Shown in pieces: positions 12,836-28,399 of a stretch of 64,000 bases of DNA. The position numbers and the translations under genes were made by a program. Each line of letters begins with the position of its first letter. The first letter of the stretch is position 1. The notes below the pieces were generated by a model. That model worked only from the letters and a program-made list of their open reading frames with translations, was not told the origin of the DNA and did not search any database. The DNA is from Octopus sinensis (taxonomy: Eukaryota): the NCBI RefSeq assembly GCF_006345805.1, contig NC_043014.1:18910001-18974000 (forward strand). The letters run 5' to 3'.

Positions 12836-14049
12836 ATCAGTAGTCCAGACTGTCTCGATAGATCTCAGGGCGACAATACGGTAAATTTTTTTCATGTGCG
12901 TTGCATAGGATGACATTCAAAGCGATAAGCTTCCTATCATAAACTGGTGTCCTAACCACGTACAGAGATTTATCTGATTAGTTTAATGCCTCAGTAGAAA
13001 CCGCTGAAAATATTGTCATAGCGGATGATGAACAATGATAACAATCCTTGATCAGCGAAAAGGTAGCAGTGCAGAAAAGGAGATGAACAATGGGCAATAG
13101 ACAATGTTAGGTAGGTAGTGTTCAATACTCAATGGGCAGCGCACAATCTGTAGTAGGTAGTGGACATAAAAATAAGTGGACAGCAATAGCCAATTGAAAG
13201 TTCACCTTAGGTAGTATACAAAGTGTAAAAAAGGAATGACTGTAATTAATATAAAGAGGTTTATGTAAAAAAAATAAAACAATATACAGTGGACAATTAA
13301 TAATATACATTGAATGTATACAGCGGGTAGAGAACAATAACCGTTTCACAGTAAAAAGTTTAGCGGAGACAGTGAACAATATTCAGTGAAGAGTAAAGCG
13401 TGGGTATTGGATTGTGAACAATATATAATGGACAATGAATAATGTACTATAGATAGTGAACGAGTGCATATGCTAAGACAGTCATACAATCTTGGCATAT
13501 CATATATTAAATATCTATTACCGTTTCTCTCACTTTCACTTTTAGTCTGTCTTTGTCTCCCTATGTCTCTCTCTGTCTCTTTCTTTCTTTCTCTCTCTCT
13601 CTCTCTCTCTCTCTCCCACATTCTCTCCATTTTTCTATCATTCATTCCCGAAGCTAGCAGGATATGTGTATTTTAATGTCCCCAGAAGGAAAGCTTAATA
13701 AATTATTAATTATAACAATTACCATAACCAGTGAACGGTGTAATGTAGTTGAAAGTTATAATTGATTTTGTATCTCACACACAAAGCGACACACAGACTA
13801 GGAAAACTTCTATAGCGTTAAATCATGTGTCTAAGACCGAGGAGTCATAAATATGTATACTTATGTATTTATTTATTCATATATTTTTGTATGCGTGCGT
13901 GTGTATGTGTATGAGTGTGTGAGTTTGTATGTATGTAATCGTGCATACGCGCACAAATACGTACGTGTACATATTTATATAGTATATGTATATAAGTAAT
14001 ATAAGTAAGGGAGAAAGAGTATATATATATATATATGTATGTACGTATG

Positions 14050-14104
<55 letters not shown>

Positions 14105-14140
14105 TATATATGTATGTATATATATGTGTGGTGTGTGTGA

Positions 14141-14187
<47 letters not shown>

Positions 14188-14390
14188 GTGTGTGTGTGTG
14201 TGTGTTTGTTTTTATTTATATGTGTAAATACATGCATAGATTCATATGTAAGTATGCATGTATGTATTATTGAGTTTAAGTACAGACAATGATCAGTTTA
14301 GGAAAAGAGTAGAATTTTGTGGAAATTATTGATGTTTTGTATTGTCAAAATAATAATAATAATAATAATAATGATAATAATGATATTAAT

Positions 14391-14452
<62 letters not shown>

Positions 14453-15749
14453 TAATAATTCAAGCAGCAGAATATGTTTTATAACACCAAGAAGAAAAGT
14501 CTAACGCTTCATATGGCGACCTTCTTCGGAGAACGAGAGAAAAATTGAGATCGTACTACTTGATTGGAAATGTGCATTTGCGAAGCAACAGTTTAGAGGT
14601 GATATCGAGAAATAGATGTATTTGCTTTTGTACGTTCGAGTGTGTGTGTATGTGTGTGTGCGTACGCGCGGTGCGTGTGTGTGTTTGTGCTTGTGTGTAT
14701 GTGTGTGCACATATGTGAGAAAGATCGAAAGAGAGTCGGAGAGAAGGTAGTGAGGACAGCGAAGGTAGTTTTGTTATGTGGTGTAAGTACTGTGAGGGTC
14801 AGTGTAAGTTCATTCGAATTTAATTTAATTGCAGCATTGCGATGTTAGAGGAAGATCTACAGCCTCAACCTTATCCAGAACATCTGAGATTGTGCAAAGG
14901 AAGATTGTGCAAATCATAATCTGATTTAAGATTTGGCCAGCATATTGACAACATTTAACCTAACATCCAGCCAGCATGCTAGCAGCAGAGTGATTGCCTC
15001 TACAAACTACTTAAGAGTCATGTGGTATTGTGAAAGTGGGTGATGAAGGCACAAAAGCGATCCCACGGTCGAGTTTTGTAAGCAGACGTCCCATGTTTGT
15101 AGAAGATACTTTACCAATGAACCGTGAAATAAAAGCATATAGTGAAGTGTATTTCTTAATCGCAATTCCAAAATTCTGTCTTTTAATAAGGGCTCGTTTA
15201 CTTCGCCACCACCAATTTCCCCGTTTGCCGTTTCTTCTTCCTGTATCCTCTACTGCTACTCAAAATTCCTGGACTAATAATATCTCTGCTACCACCACCC
15301 AAATCTAGCTGGTGCAGAAACCTCTACTCATACTACTCTTTTTACAGTATGTTTTCACAGTTCCCGATTAAACATCAAAAATACATCTTTCTAGTTAAGT
15401 GTGAGTGTTGTAAATCTCTATAATTCGCTCCTAGGCTGTTTTTTTCCCATAGACATCCGATGCACCACGAAAGTTCACACTGAATATAAGTAGGATGGAT
15501 TTTTATCACTACTGGACATTCAGCAAATAAAATGAACAATATCAATGTTTAGCTTTGCTCACTGAATAAAATCGAAAAAAACATCAGCTATTTTAATGTT
15601 ATTGCCGGAATTTCCTGACGTCTATACCTAACAATTGTTCATATTTAATCAAAATATTTGCATATTACATAGCATTTAAAACTCCAGTTTTCCTCGTCAA
15701 GAAGAGATTGGTATTGGAAAGTTAATAGCGGTGTATAGTTAGAGTAAAA

Positions 15750-15980
15750 GGCGGCGAGCTGGCAGAAACGTTAGCACGCGTGGCGAAATGCGTAGCCGTA
15801 TTTCGTCTGCCGATACGTTCCGAGTTCAAATTCCGCCGAGGTCGACTTAGCCTTTCACGCTTTCGGGGTCGATAAATTAAGTACCAGTTACGTACTGGGG
15901 TCAATGCAATCGACTTAATCCGTTTGTCTGTCCTTGTTTGTCCCCTCTATGTTTAGCCCCTTGAGGGTAGTAAAGAAATA
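15750..15980 (+). mobile_element. tRNA-derived SINE with Meta/MESC-like central domain (family A), full length
   Basis: Head GGCGGCGAGCTGGCAGAA and B box GAGTTCAAATTCC, central GCCTTTCA..TTTCGGGGTCGATAAATTAAGTACC. 18-bp TSD GGTGTATAGTTAGAGTAA (15730-15747) and GGTGTATTGTTAGAGTAA (15981-15998). Confidence 0.92.
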
Positions 15981-18900
15981 GGTGTATTGTTAGAGTAATA
16001 GACTAAATATCGTATGTGATTGAGTAACGTTATTATGCGTTCATAGTTCGAATCTGTTCAAGATGACTTTACATTTTATCAATTCATGGCTTTCATTAAA
16101 ATAAGTCTCAGGGAAGTTCTGGGTTGAATTAATCGAATACAAACTCTGCAAAAGCTTGTGGCCTCGTGTTTATATCAAAATTTGATACCACTTTTTGCTT
16201 ATTTTAACCTTCCTTATTTATAAATCTGCGTGATAGATTTTCCTCCTATAACTTGCGATACTCTTGGTAAACATATTCTAGTAGATATAGAACATAACTA
16301 AAAAAGAAGAACGAAAGAGAAAGGAAATACTTTATATGCTATAAGCTTCAATAAGCAATTAGGTAGATAACGCTTGCCAGGTAAGGATAATATAACAGGA
16401 ATTATATACGAGGAATCATTTGCCAAGAATGTCAAAATAGTAAAAGCAGGGATCAATATGTAGTGGGATATTATATAAAATAAAAATAAATGACTCACAT
16501 GAAACTGTCAGCCGAAATCTCTCAATAAGTGTTTTATATGCTCAGCCTATGTTGGCAAATATTCCACGCATCTGAATGAAGATTTTGAAAAGTATTTAAG
16601 TATCCACCGATGGTCACATACAAAATTTATTTCATTGATAGGCTGATTCACTTATCTGTATTTACCGATTGTACATGATATGCATTTGATACGAATGGGA
16701 TCCCATTATGTAAAAATAGTCAACTTGTCCTTAAATAGCTTTACAGAGGTGAGTGTGTATAGTTTCTTTGTGTTACTAAACATATTTAATCCTATTTATG
16801 GTCAATCTCATTAATCTTTAATTACTGGCCGTAAACAAGAAAACTTCGATGCAAATGGATTCCACGACAAACTTCAGATGTTTATTTTATCCTCATTGTT
16901 CTATAAAGTGAAGGCCAAGTTACCGTTGCTGAATCAACCAACGTCCCTTTTAAGTAACACATTATATATTTCATCTCATTTATTGGGCTTGTCACTGATC
17001 TGTAATTACCGATCTAAGACGATAAGCCCTGCATCTGGAACGGTCCAACAATATTTTGCCAAAAAATGGCTGACTTAGCCTCAACACGCTAAACAAAGGT
17101 GTAAAATAAATATGGTGGTTGATTCAGTCACCTATTGAATATTACAGTACCTCTTTTGTTCCATCTATAGAATACCTTGGTTCCCAGTAAATAACGAATC
17201 CAGGCATTAAACAACCGGGGAAACGGATGTACCACTGCTCATCCACTAACCAAAATATTTCCCCTATTCTTCGAATTTGAAAATGTTTGTTGTAACTAAG
17301 CAACTCGAAAAGAACGATTACAGAGCATAGCCACTCTGTTTATAAAAATAAAATAAGGAAAATAACACACACTGAATAGCATTTCCTTTTCAACATAGTT
17401 TTGGAAAGACATAAGTTTTAGATTCTCTCTTAGCGAGAGCTAACATAATATTGCGAACGAAAAATAATTGAATTAATCAAATTACACTCACATAAAAAAA
17501 AATTATTGATGTTTTCTTGATAAAAGGATTTGTGGAGAAGAGTAAGTTTGACCATTGGCAAGTATAGTGTGAAATACGGTCATGTTTCAATCTTATTAAT
17601 ACTCACCAGTAAAAGATAGACAGACTTGTGTTTAGCAAGTCACAGACTAATTGAAGAAATGTACAAGAGTTTCGTGGTAGATACTAATGAATCTATTTTA
17701 AATTATGACACTTGAGAGTTTTCTTCGAAATCCACTCAAAACTTTGGTCTGTCCGAGAATATAGAAGAAAATACTTACCCAATGTGTCACGCAGTGGAAC
17801 AGAACACGGAACCATGTTGTTGGGAAGCAAGCTTCTTACCACGAATAAAAATTGCCTTCTTTTGCATTAATATTTTTACATATCAGGACTTCACTTCAAG
17901 AATAAATTATAACCTTACTTCTTTACTTATTTTCTGCATTTTCTGAAGAGAAAGGTTAGGACATCTGAGTCTAATGATTTGAACACAGAAGGTACAATAT
18001 AAACAACACGCTTTGCATTGGGGCCATTATCTGAATGCTTACAATAGAATGGTCTCTAATAAACAGAGACTAGGGCCAGACAAGGGGTCTTAAACATATA
18101 GAGTCCTCTACGATAACCTTTATATTTTCTTCATAATTTCTTTCAAACTAAACTTGCTTCAAATTTGGTTCGATAAAGGCTAAAGAAACCCAGGGCTAAT
18201 CAATCGCGTCTAATCAACCATGGAATAAAGTTTATCACCAGACACCTCTCTTTTATCAATAAGAAAGAATTGTTATTAGATGCAACTTCAAAACTGAAAA
18301 TTCCTGATCTAATATGCTAAGTGATTTATAATAACCATAAAATTCCAGCCCGCTCATATTAAAACAGTAATATATCATTGAATCTGCAAATATTTCGTCA
18401 TGTATATACAAGGACACTGCTTAAGAAAACGACAGAACTTTCAGAAATGTCACCGACGCTTTCAGGCAGAATATTTATGGAATTGGTCGCCTAACAAAAT
18501 TCAGTGACCTACAAGTTACTGGTAGTTCATTGCTATCCATTTATATTAACGACTACTTCTTGGGAACATAATAGTACTAAGAAACAGTACTACCACCAGC
18601 ACTACCAGCACTACCAGCACCAGCACGAGCACCAAAACCACCACCAACACCACCTCCAACACCATCGCATCACTATCACCAACATTACCACTATGACGAC
18701 CACGACCATCATGGCGACGACGATACCATTATCAACAACACTACTACTACCACCACCACAACTACCACTCCCATATGTATGTATTTTTAGTAGAAGAAAA
18801 GTATGAACAAACAACTGGTAAAGGCTTAGATGTTGGCATTTATATATTTACACATATTTAAACGAATCGCTTTATTATTCATCTAACGACTACTTAATAT

Positions 18901-19210
18901 ATTTACTCCTGTCGTAGACCTTACAATTTAAATACTACCTTTTCCTAATTGCTATCATTTAATCCTCCAGAACTCCATATTAGCTCGTTGATTCTTGACC
19001 TTGTGCTATACTTACGGCTACCCTATAGCTTTTCCTCCTGGTACTTAGTACAAACCTTTTCTTCCTACACTCACTACTTGTGTCACCTTGCCAAACTGCT
19101 ATTATTTGTATATTTTCTTTATCTTATCTGCAACCACCACACTCTCATCCCCCGTTGCTTGGTTGATAACTTTAATCTACTCGTCACATTTGAAGTTGCC
19201 ATTATACATA

Positions 19211-20307
19211 CAGGTTGTAACAGGTAAATTGGGACAGGATTCAAATTGATATATTTCTAACTGTATAGAGTCTGTTGGAGTCTGTTGCCAAATTATTCCG
19301 CGCCGGCAAAAGTGCTGGGGAGATTGTCAGAGTCACAAAGTAAACCAAATCCATTGTTTTCACTGTTGTAGTCAATTTGAAGAAAAGTCAGGATGTTCGG
19401 AGAAAGCCTCACAGTCCTTGCAGAGACCGTAAATTCACTCCTCGCTTCTGAGCAGGACTTAAGCGATCCATTGAGTCGACCCTCATCAAAATCGATAGCG
19501 AAGTTGGCTGAAGATCGAGGAATCAGTAAAATGATAGTTAGTTTCTAGGACTGTGAGACAAGACTTCCGTATCATGTCGTACGTGAGGAGACACCGTAAC
19601 ATCCTAACTACTCGCCCCAAAGCCATTCAAGCTGATACAAATCCCAAACTTCTTAGTAATGTTCATGGATGAAGAGAAGTTCATGGCAGACGAATCCCTC
19701 AGCTATGCATAGCAAAAGCCCAACTTTCATTATGATCTTAGGAGCTGTTGCAAGTGATGGGAAATTGATGCCATTTTATTTGGTTGAAGCGGGTTTTAAA
19801 ATCAACAACTGCAGAGTATCTGAAAATCTCAGAAGTTTTTCTGGCTTTGATTAGAAAGTGGAGGCATGTTTGTACAGGACTCCCCGCCCACCCATTCTTG
19901 GAAAACAGTGCAAGAATTTTTGAAGAAGGAACTGCCCTTGTTTGTCCTTAAAGATGTCTGGTCCTCTAGCTCACCAGATTTGAATCCATATGATTTTTGG
20001 CTATGGGGCACAGTTGAAGCAATATCCAGCGCAACTTCTCACAACTGTGTGTCTTCAATGAAGGCTTCAGTTAAGCGAGGATTCAGTAAAATAAAAAAAG
20101 GAAGAAATAGTTAAGGGATGCGCATGATTTCGTAAACGGATTGAACTAGTAAAGGAAGCGGATGGCGGTCATATTGAACTGGAATAAATGATAAACACTC
20201 CACAATAAATTAGCATAAAGATAAAATTTGCAGTGTTTGATTTTTTCCGAGTTATACCAATTATAATAAAGATATTTAAATGGTCCCAATCCACCTGTTA
20301 TACCCTA
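19211..20307 (+). mobile_element. Decayed Tc1/mariner DD37D element (second family)
   Basis: TIRs CAGGTTGTAACAGGTAAATTGGGAC and GTCCCAATCCACCTGTTATACCCTA with TA flanks. MILGAVASDGK and FVQDSPPTH...SPDLNPYDFWLW with 37-residue spacing. Confidence 0.9.
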
Positions 20308-20765
20308 TATAGTCTTTTTCATACTTACCATGTAATATCCCCACTTCCCTATTCATGTTGGCCTTGGACATTCCTTTGTACATACCTTCCTCTCAATCTT
20401 AAAATCTATGTATCTATCAGTAGCTATGACTGTCAGTATCTATCTACCCACTAATTTTCATGACCCTTTATTCACTTTCTATTGTTTTTATACTTCATTT
20501 TAGTTAGTAATAGACCAAAAACTTCCTCTAATGATCTACAACGTTCTCTTTCCAACGATGAAACTGATCACTTCTAAAATTATGTACTAAGTATATACCA
20601 CATTTTTGTTTCTCTGAAGAAGGAATTGATCGCTAAAATATAGACAGCTTATCTTCGTTTGCAGGGAAACGCAACCCATGCGCACATATTCGTGAAGAAT
20701 ATTAGCTGTAAAATATTATCTGCATGCGTTTTTACTTCTTTATTTCATATGATTTTCTCTCTTAC

Positions 20766-21154
20766 TCTCTTTTACTCTTTTACTTGTTTCAGTCATTTGA
20801 CTGCGGCCATGCTGGAGCACCGCCTTTAATCGAGCAACTCGACCCCGGCACTTATTCTTTTGTAAGCCCAGTACTTATTCTATCGGTCTCTTTTGCCGAA
20901 CCGCTAAGTGACGGGAACATAAACACACCAGCATCGGTTGTCAAGCAATGCTAGGAGGACAAACACACACACGCATATATATACATATATACGACCGGCT
21001 TCTTTCAGTTTCCGTCTACCAAATCCACTCACAAGGCATTGGTCGACCCGGCGCTATAGCAGAAGACACTTGCCCAAGATGCCACGCAGTGGGACTGAAC
21101 CCAGAACCATGTGGCTGGTAAACAAGCTACTTACCACACAGCCACTCCTGCGCC
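20766..21154 (-). mobile_element. Family B CORE-type SINE, full length
   Basis: Reverse-complement homologue of 12426-12835. Confidence 0.9.
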
Positions 21155-21676
21155 TATGTAACAACTCAGCAATTTCGTTTAAATATATAAAGGACATAAT
21201 CTCAACCGATATCACATGTTTGCCTGTTCATTCTTTCATTCCACACATACATGCTCAATGATCAACCGCCTATTGCCATTTATTCTTAGGCAGCTATAAC
21301 ACCGCGACCTCTAGCTTGAGTTGCTGTTTAAGCCGGAGTTTTAACTGGTAAATCAACTTGAGCACTTCTTCTACGTACCTAATCACATCACGTCACTAGA
21401 TGGAATATTGGATGAATTCTATGTATGTCTGCATGTATGTATGTATTCACACGGGTGTGTGCGTATGTGTGTGTGTGTGTGTTGCAGTGTGTTTAGTATT
21501 ATGAATATAGGAAACAAAATATATTTGGTATTTTTTATGCTTTATAAAATATACACACGTTTTGTGAAAATAGCTGTCAGGGTTACATAATTACTTGTTG
21601 AAACATTATATAATATTATTAATTCAGCTTCTCACCGTCTAACAATATATAGATACATAGATACATACATACATAC

Positions 21677-21723
<47 letters not shown>

Positions 21724-21942
21724 CGTACGTACATACATACATACATACATACATACATACATACATACATACATACATACGTACATACATACATACATAC
21801 ATACATACACATACATACATACATAAATATATATCCCTCCATTTATCCATATCTGTCTGTCTGTCTTTCTATCTCTCTCACACACACTCTCTCTCTATAT
21901 ATATACACACATACACATTTATACCTATATATATATATATGC

Positions 21943-22016
<74 letters not shown>

Positions 22017-22421
22017 CATGTATACACATATACACACAAACATATATATACATAGATATACAAATATATATATATATACGTATATACATACATATACATA
22101 TGTGTGTGTATAACCTGTATGTATATATGCATGCATTAAGTGTGTGCGTGTGTGTATTTAATTCATATATATATTTCAGCTACTAACGTGATTTACATTA
22201 TCGATCACGCATCACCACCACACCTAATAACGCCCTTATACCATGACACTGCATCGCCATTATTTTTATTCAATATCATCAAAATATCAATATCGATTAT
22301 ATTGCCGTGATTATTTCCCCATTTCATATCTTTCTTCTGTGGAATACAGAAACGTAGTCTTTTCTCCTTTATTTATTTTTTTTTTAAATCATAAGAAAAT
22401 ATTCATTACAAGCAGAGCTGA

Positions 22422-22507
<86 letters not shown>

Positions 22508-24216
22508 CAACGTATCACTCTTTATCTATATCGGTATATATACATACAACCACATACATATACATGCATAACATATATAATACAGAGACACACACACACA
22601 CAATACACACATTATACACACTCACACACTCACTCACTCACACACACAGGCAGTCACACAAACTGATATATTGTCAAATAGTAAATTATAGTAGAGTGGC
22701 TAAATATGATGTCCGATATTCATACATATATACATGCACGCGTGCATTTGTGTGTGTTTATGTGTGTGTGTGTGTGTGTGTGTGTTTGTTTGTGTGCGTG
22801 AGTTGTTGTGTGTCTGTGCGCATGCGTAATATAATGTACCAGGATTTCCCGACTGGGATGAAATTACTAATTACTTTGGACGTTGAACCCTCCAATAAGC
22901 AAAGATGACTATACATACCTGCGTGCCTCTGTATATACTTCTGTATATATTGGTACATGCGCGTGTGTGCGTGTATTTATTTGCGTACATGTGCATTTGT
23001 TTCCGTGTTTTTGCGTATGAGTGTGAACTTGTTTCTTATTTTATACTAATTATCCAGTTACATTTATAGATATTCGCTCGGAAATAAAAAGAATGAGAAG
23101 GAGAGGAGTGAGAGAGGGAGAGGGGGAGAAATGGGGTGGAAAGGAGATAGAGGAGTGGGAGTGAAAAAGAGAGAGTGAGAGAGAAAAATTCTTTTTATCC
23201 AATTCATGTTTGATGTGTTTCTAATTAGATTTGGAACGCTCTTGATTAATTATATGCAAGGCCCCATTTCTCATTCTCTTTATTTAGGTAGCAAGCTGTA
23301 GCTTCTGGGATCTATGTTGATTATTTTCATTTGATATTCTTTACTCCACTTATGTAAGTGAATGTTTCATTTAGAAGGGAATCTTTGTGATACAGCTAGA
23401 GTACTCGCTGCAGAATGAATTCATGGCCTTCTGCTTAACTCTTAAATCAATAAAAGCACGATTGCCAGTTAATTTGGAAGTTAGAATGACAGACCGAGTC
23501 AAAAAGAGAGAGAAAGAGAGGAACATTTGATAGAACGATTATATTTCATACTTAATCTTACTAGATTCTTTCTTACTGAGTATGAATGCTTGAACAGGTG
23601 AACAGAATCTTCTAAGTGGCATACTGCGATAAAGAAAAAAAATTGCTGCATTTCATATTGTTTTGATAACCAAGTTTGATGCTCATTCAATTTTTTACTG
23701 TATGCCTCTAGCAAAATCGTACTATTTATAATCAAGCTTTTTCTCTTCTCTAGGTTCAATCACTTGCCTAGAGTTTAATGCATTTTATGCTCTTTGTATA
23801 AGAGAGCACAGAAAAAAATATCAACAAATATTACAATTGAAAGAGAAAAATAAAAAGAGAAAACACATGACCGAATTACATTTTTTTTCTAAAAATGGAA
23901 GGCTTTACAGAGAGGAGAGAAAGGAAAATGTTTTCTGTCATTGTAAAATTGTCTTAGGCATATTTCACAAGCTATAAACAGAAAAATGTCCCCTAATTGT
24001 ATTAATATAAAGAAATAAAATAATCCAACCTCATTACTATTTTAGATTCAATGCCTTTGGGGGTCAAAATGGTTTTTCATTCATCCGCAATCGATAAAAG
24101 AAGTACCAATAGCCCACTGGAAAGCGTATATCTGAAATACCATGCTATTGTTAAGACTCATCATTACAACCACAACAACAAGAACAATAATAAAAATAAA
24201 AATAATAATAATAATA

Positions 24217-24450
24217 AACTGTTCCAGGTATTGTTGCCAACTGGGTATTTCGCATGAAATTCGGTATTTGCTGCTTTTAATGCCAGAATATTGGTTTCTT
24301 TGAGATGGTCCCAATGACATCTATCTCAACAGACTCTATGAAAGCGTTTCACTTCCAATGCTAAGTCTTGGTACTTCCGGCCTTTCTCGATCTCTATCTT
24401 CTCAATGTTCTCATTTGCAGATATAACTACAACGATACACAATTTTGTGT
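24217..24450 (-). mobile_element. R4/Dong-type LINE 3' fragment (restriction-like endonuclease end)
   Basis: LCIVVVISANENIEKIEIEKGRKYQDLALEVKR at the end of ORF 24326..24832 matches the KExEKxxKYxDL motif of R4/Dong REL domains. Adjacent to AAT/GAT repeats. Confidence 0.8.
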
Positions 24451-24467
24451 TATCATCATCATTAGTA

Positions 24468-24645
24468 AGGCGGTGAGCTGGCAGAATCGTTAGCACGCTT
24501 GATGAAATACTTAGCCGTATTTCGCCTGTCGCTACTTTCTGGGATAAAATTCCAGCTAGGTAGACTTTGCCTTCCATCCTTCGAGATCGATAAATTAAGT
24601 ACCTGTTGAACACAGAGGTCGATGTAAAAGAATCATCACCTCCCC
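24468..24645 (+). mobile_element. Family A SINE copy
   Basis: GGCGGTGAGCTGGCAGAATCGTTAGCAC...GATAAATTAAGTACC, homologous to 15750-15980. Confidence 0.85.
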
Positions 24646-24739
24646 CATATATTTTAGAAACAATCCTTTTTACAAGCCTACGAGCAAGTACGTTTTTAGC
24701 GAAATGCACACACACACATACAAACACATATACATATGC

Positions 24740-24794
<55 letters not shown>

Positions 24795-24911
24795 ATATCT
24801 ACAGAGAGAGAGAGAGAGAGAGAGATTCTCAATGCGAGGTTTTAATAAAAAAGTTAGTTCACGTTCCCTTTACAGCGTAAAAAGTCTTATGACATCAGCA
24901 ATATATATATA

Positions 24912-25031
<120 letters not shown>

Positions 25032-26504
25032 TATGTACATATATACATATAAATATATATACATATACATATATACATATACATAGACACACATACCCAC
25101 ACACACACACATGCTGTTGACGTCAGAAGAATTTTATAAGCTTTGGAGGAAACGTGAAGGAAACGTTTTTTTTGCATAAAATCTCGCAGCACACATAAAT
25201 TTAGAAATAATAATATGAAAATATTGGATTGAAAAACCCTATTGGATAGAAAATTCAACATTTTCTATTCAACGGGTGTTTTTTTTGTTTTGTTTTTAAC
25301 TTAATATTTTCATAAATTTATTTATTTTGAGCTTGCTACAAGATATTCCAAAAATAAAATTAAATAAAATAAAGAAAATGTTTCACCTTCTCCCTAAAAT
25401 ACATAAAAGTCTTACGATGTCCGAAGATTAAAAAAAGTAACCGTTTTGAAACGCAACTCCAGTACCAACAACAACAACGTTTCATAATACAGAAAACTTT
25501 GGGTGTCATAGAATGTGTATTGACTAAAAACTGCTCAAGAAAAATGAAAAAGAATAGTGCGTGGACGATGTTCGCCGCAAAATGCCATCCCTCTTTAGCT
25601 TACGAATTTATGCAGGGAGCGAGTAAAGCCATTTATGACTGGGTGAGTGCTCCATCGATCGGATCGTGATGTATTGAAACGTATGTCTGCTTTTCTTTTT
25701 TTATCCTATGTCAAGGCGATGGAACAGGGTAAACTGAAATGCCAGAACCCTTCTTACAGGCTACTTCCATAGCACATATGTCTCAGAAACACTTGAATCA
25801 ATAATTACATTCGGGATAGAGAGAAAGGGGGAGGGAGATAAAGAAAGAGAGAAAGATAGGGAGAGAGAGAGGTGGGTGCAAGCGATAGACGTAAATAGCT
25901 TTTGCTGAAGCTTTTGTAATATTACGCCATCGTTCATTAGAGAACCTTAATTAGTAAAGCCGAAGTCCGCCTATCGTTTCCCAAACTTAAAGAATAGCCC
26001 TACAAAAACTATACTACAGCATCAATGACACTTTATCAACGACAACAATAACGAAATCAACTACAACAACAACAGCAGCAGCAGCAGCAAAGGAGCTAAA
26101 AACTAAAGAAAATTAAAAAGAAAAAGTATCACACGTCAACACCAATGCAATAACAACAGCAGCAACAACAACAACTACTGCTGCTGCAGCAGTGCAAGAA
26201 ACACAGTTATAGACTCATGTCAGCATGAGTTAAATAATCACCAAGAGAATAATGAATGATTCTACCTGTTAATTAAATGTATCTAACCATGTAGTTAGGA
26301 TGTGAATAATGTTGTTATTCATGTTATTGTTCCTGATAGAGTTCTGCCTCCCATCTTCACCATTTCATTTCGGCTGTTGTTGCGTTTCTACTTCCTCCTC
26401 CTCTAGCTGTCTTTATTGTTGTTGTTCCTGCTGCTACCACTGCTACCACTGCCACCACCACCACCATCACCACCACCACCACCACCACCACCACCACCAC
26501 CACC

Positions 26505-26545
<41 letters not shown>

Positions 26546-26699
26546 GACGACGACGACGACAACGACAACGTTTTCTGTCCAATTATCAATATTAATGTAT
26601 CAACTCTTCCTTCAATTGATGTTAAACTCACATTTGCTTTGTCCTTCATATTACTAATGGCTATCATTCATTACCTTTCTGGCAATAAAAAGAATTATT

Positions 26700-28230
26700 T
26701 TCATTAGTCGATACACTTATTTTTAGCTTGTTTCTGCTGCCCTGCCGAGTGCATCTCAATGCGCCTGGGTTCAGGCAGTATTTTCGTTTGGTTTTATATT
26801 TTCTGCTGTATTGAAAGTACTTTGCATATTATACGTGGACATTACTATTTTCCTTTTGTTGTGCACATTTGAGGTATTGGTGAAGTAGTTTTCCTTTTTC
26901 TATTTTAATCATCTTCGGGCCAACAATAATTATATAAATTGTTTCTGTTATCTTTCACCAAGTTCTCCTTATCTCGATGTCCAGATTTTTATATTTCAAT
27001 AACTTCTCGATTTTTCTTAAAGATTTATTTATCATCTCCTGGCAATTTTTCACAATATCGCCATCTGAATTTCTGAATTGTATCGATCTTTCATCTGTGT
27101 GGTGTAGAATATCCCTCCACAATATGGTCGATTTTCTGTACATGTACATATGTGTGCGAGCGCGCGTGTACGTGTTGACAGTTGAAAATGCAGATACAAT
27201 TTCCAGCGTATGAGAGCAATAACTCTCTCATGTCTTTAGAAGCTTTCTCTCTTCATTAAGACAAACCATGACGACGTGGGTAATTGTTTTACTCCTATCT
27301 CCAAGTATTCTGCAGTTACGCTATTCTGACAGTTTTGGTGATAATGCTTTCACTCTGTGCCACAATCACAAATCACTCAGTCTCTGTTTTCTGTTCAGTG
27401 TTTCTTAACTTGTACTTTGAATGGTTTTTATCTATTGCTATGCTAATTATAATCATGTGGGAACTTTCCTTGAAATGGTTGTAGTTTGGTAATTTTAATC
27501 AATTTTCTATCTTTCTTATGATATTTCTTGATGTTTACCCATTCTCAGCACAACTATGCATTACTTCAAAGACAAAAAAGAAGAAAAAAGTAGTGTTTAA
27601 TTAATGCTTCAAGTATCCACATGCGGAAGATACTGTTTAAAATACTACTGGTGGTCAAACCATGTCAGGGACAAAATGTCGTTACTTTTATTTTAGTGTT
27701 TGATTATAGCTTCATTGATCGGAATTGATTTTTACAATTAAATGACCTTTTTGTAGAATCCTGACCTTCTCAAGAAAGGTTGTTGGTTTCCCAAATGTTT
27801 ATTTATTTATTTAGAAACTGTTGTAAGTCTTTCTAAGATTATAATGGAAAGTCGCTTTGCAGGACATTGCTAGTGAGCAAAATAAGAACTAGCAACTGAC
27901 CTCTTGCTATGGATGCAAAAGCATAGCCGCACTGGTGCCCAACGTATGTAGATCAACTCATCTACAGGCACTGAATGCTTCTCTGAGGACTTCACTCAAC
28001 TAATGTAGGACCGTGATGGACAGCGTGTGCATTTTTAAAATGTCCCAGCCAGCCCATACAGGTAATGGTAGTGAAGCTGTAGCAAGACATAAAAGGCGTC
28101 TTTAGCTTCTAGGCTTTCGCTAGTTTTTTCGTCCCAATGAGTAAGTGGAGTTTTGTCCCCAGTTACTTTGTTATCTTATTAAACATATCCGCTTGGATCT
28201 TACGTGTCTCAGTTACAGGATTATAACCAG
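26700..28230 (-). mobile_element. Decayed R4/Dong-type LINE with internal deletions (RT remnant, CCHC knuckle, REL domain)
   Basis: TILWRDILHHTDERSIQ...KIEKLLKYKNLDIEIRRTW (ORF 26955..27149). Upstream on the minus strand: ETE-FVIVAQ, CRILG..TITHVV, RHERV..IRWKL (27195-27395) and PITCM near 28055-28068. Confidence 0.75.
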
Positions 28231-28399
28231 ATGAAAAATTATTTCTTACGTAATATTTTTCTTCATTGCCTATATCATCTCTCTACTACTAGTACTACTA
28301 CTTATTCTACTACTACCACTACAGCTGAGTGTTGTCAATGTTGTCAAGTATTTTCTAGCAATATTTGTCTCTGCATTACATTGGACACCTCTGTATTCC

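Noticed and set aside
17870-18530. Possible Penelope-like coding remnant (also possible RT remnants at 49900-50230 and 61640-62450)
   Set aside because: Only vague motif resemblance by eye; requires tblastx or HMM confirmation.
20608-20648. CTGAAGA-containing hammerhead-like string (similar weak cases at 9640-9670, 57335-57475 and 59861-59885)
   Set aside because: The GAAA box or the stems are missing. At best these are dead remnants and cannot be called.
22243-22908. 221-aa ORF with poly-Leu
   Set aside because: Held open by (CTA)n, (CA)n and (TG)n repeats; no domain signal.
25550-25650. Possible exon ending at the donor-like G/GTGAGT (25642/25643)
   Set aside because: No convincing acceptor, reading frame or homology; needs RNA-seq.
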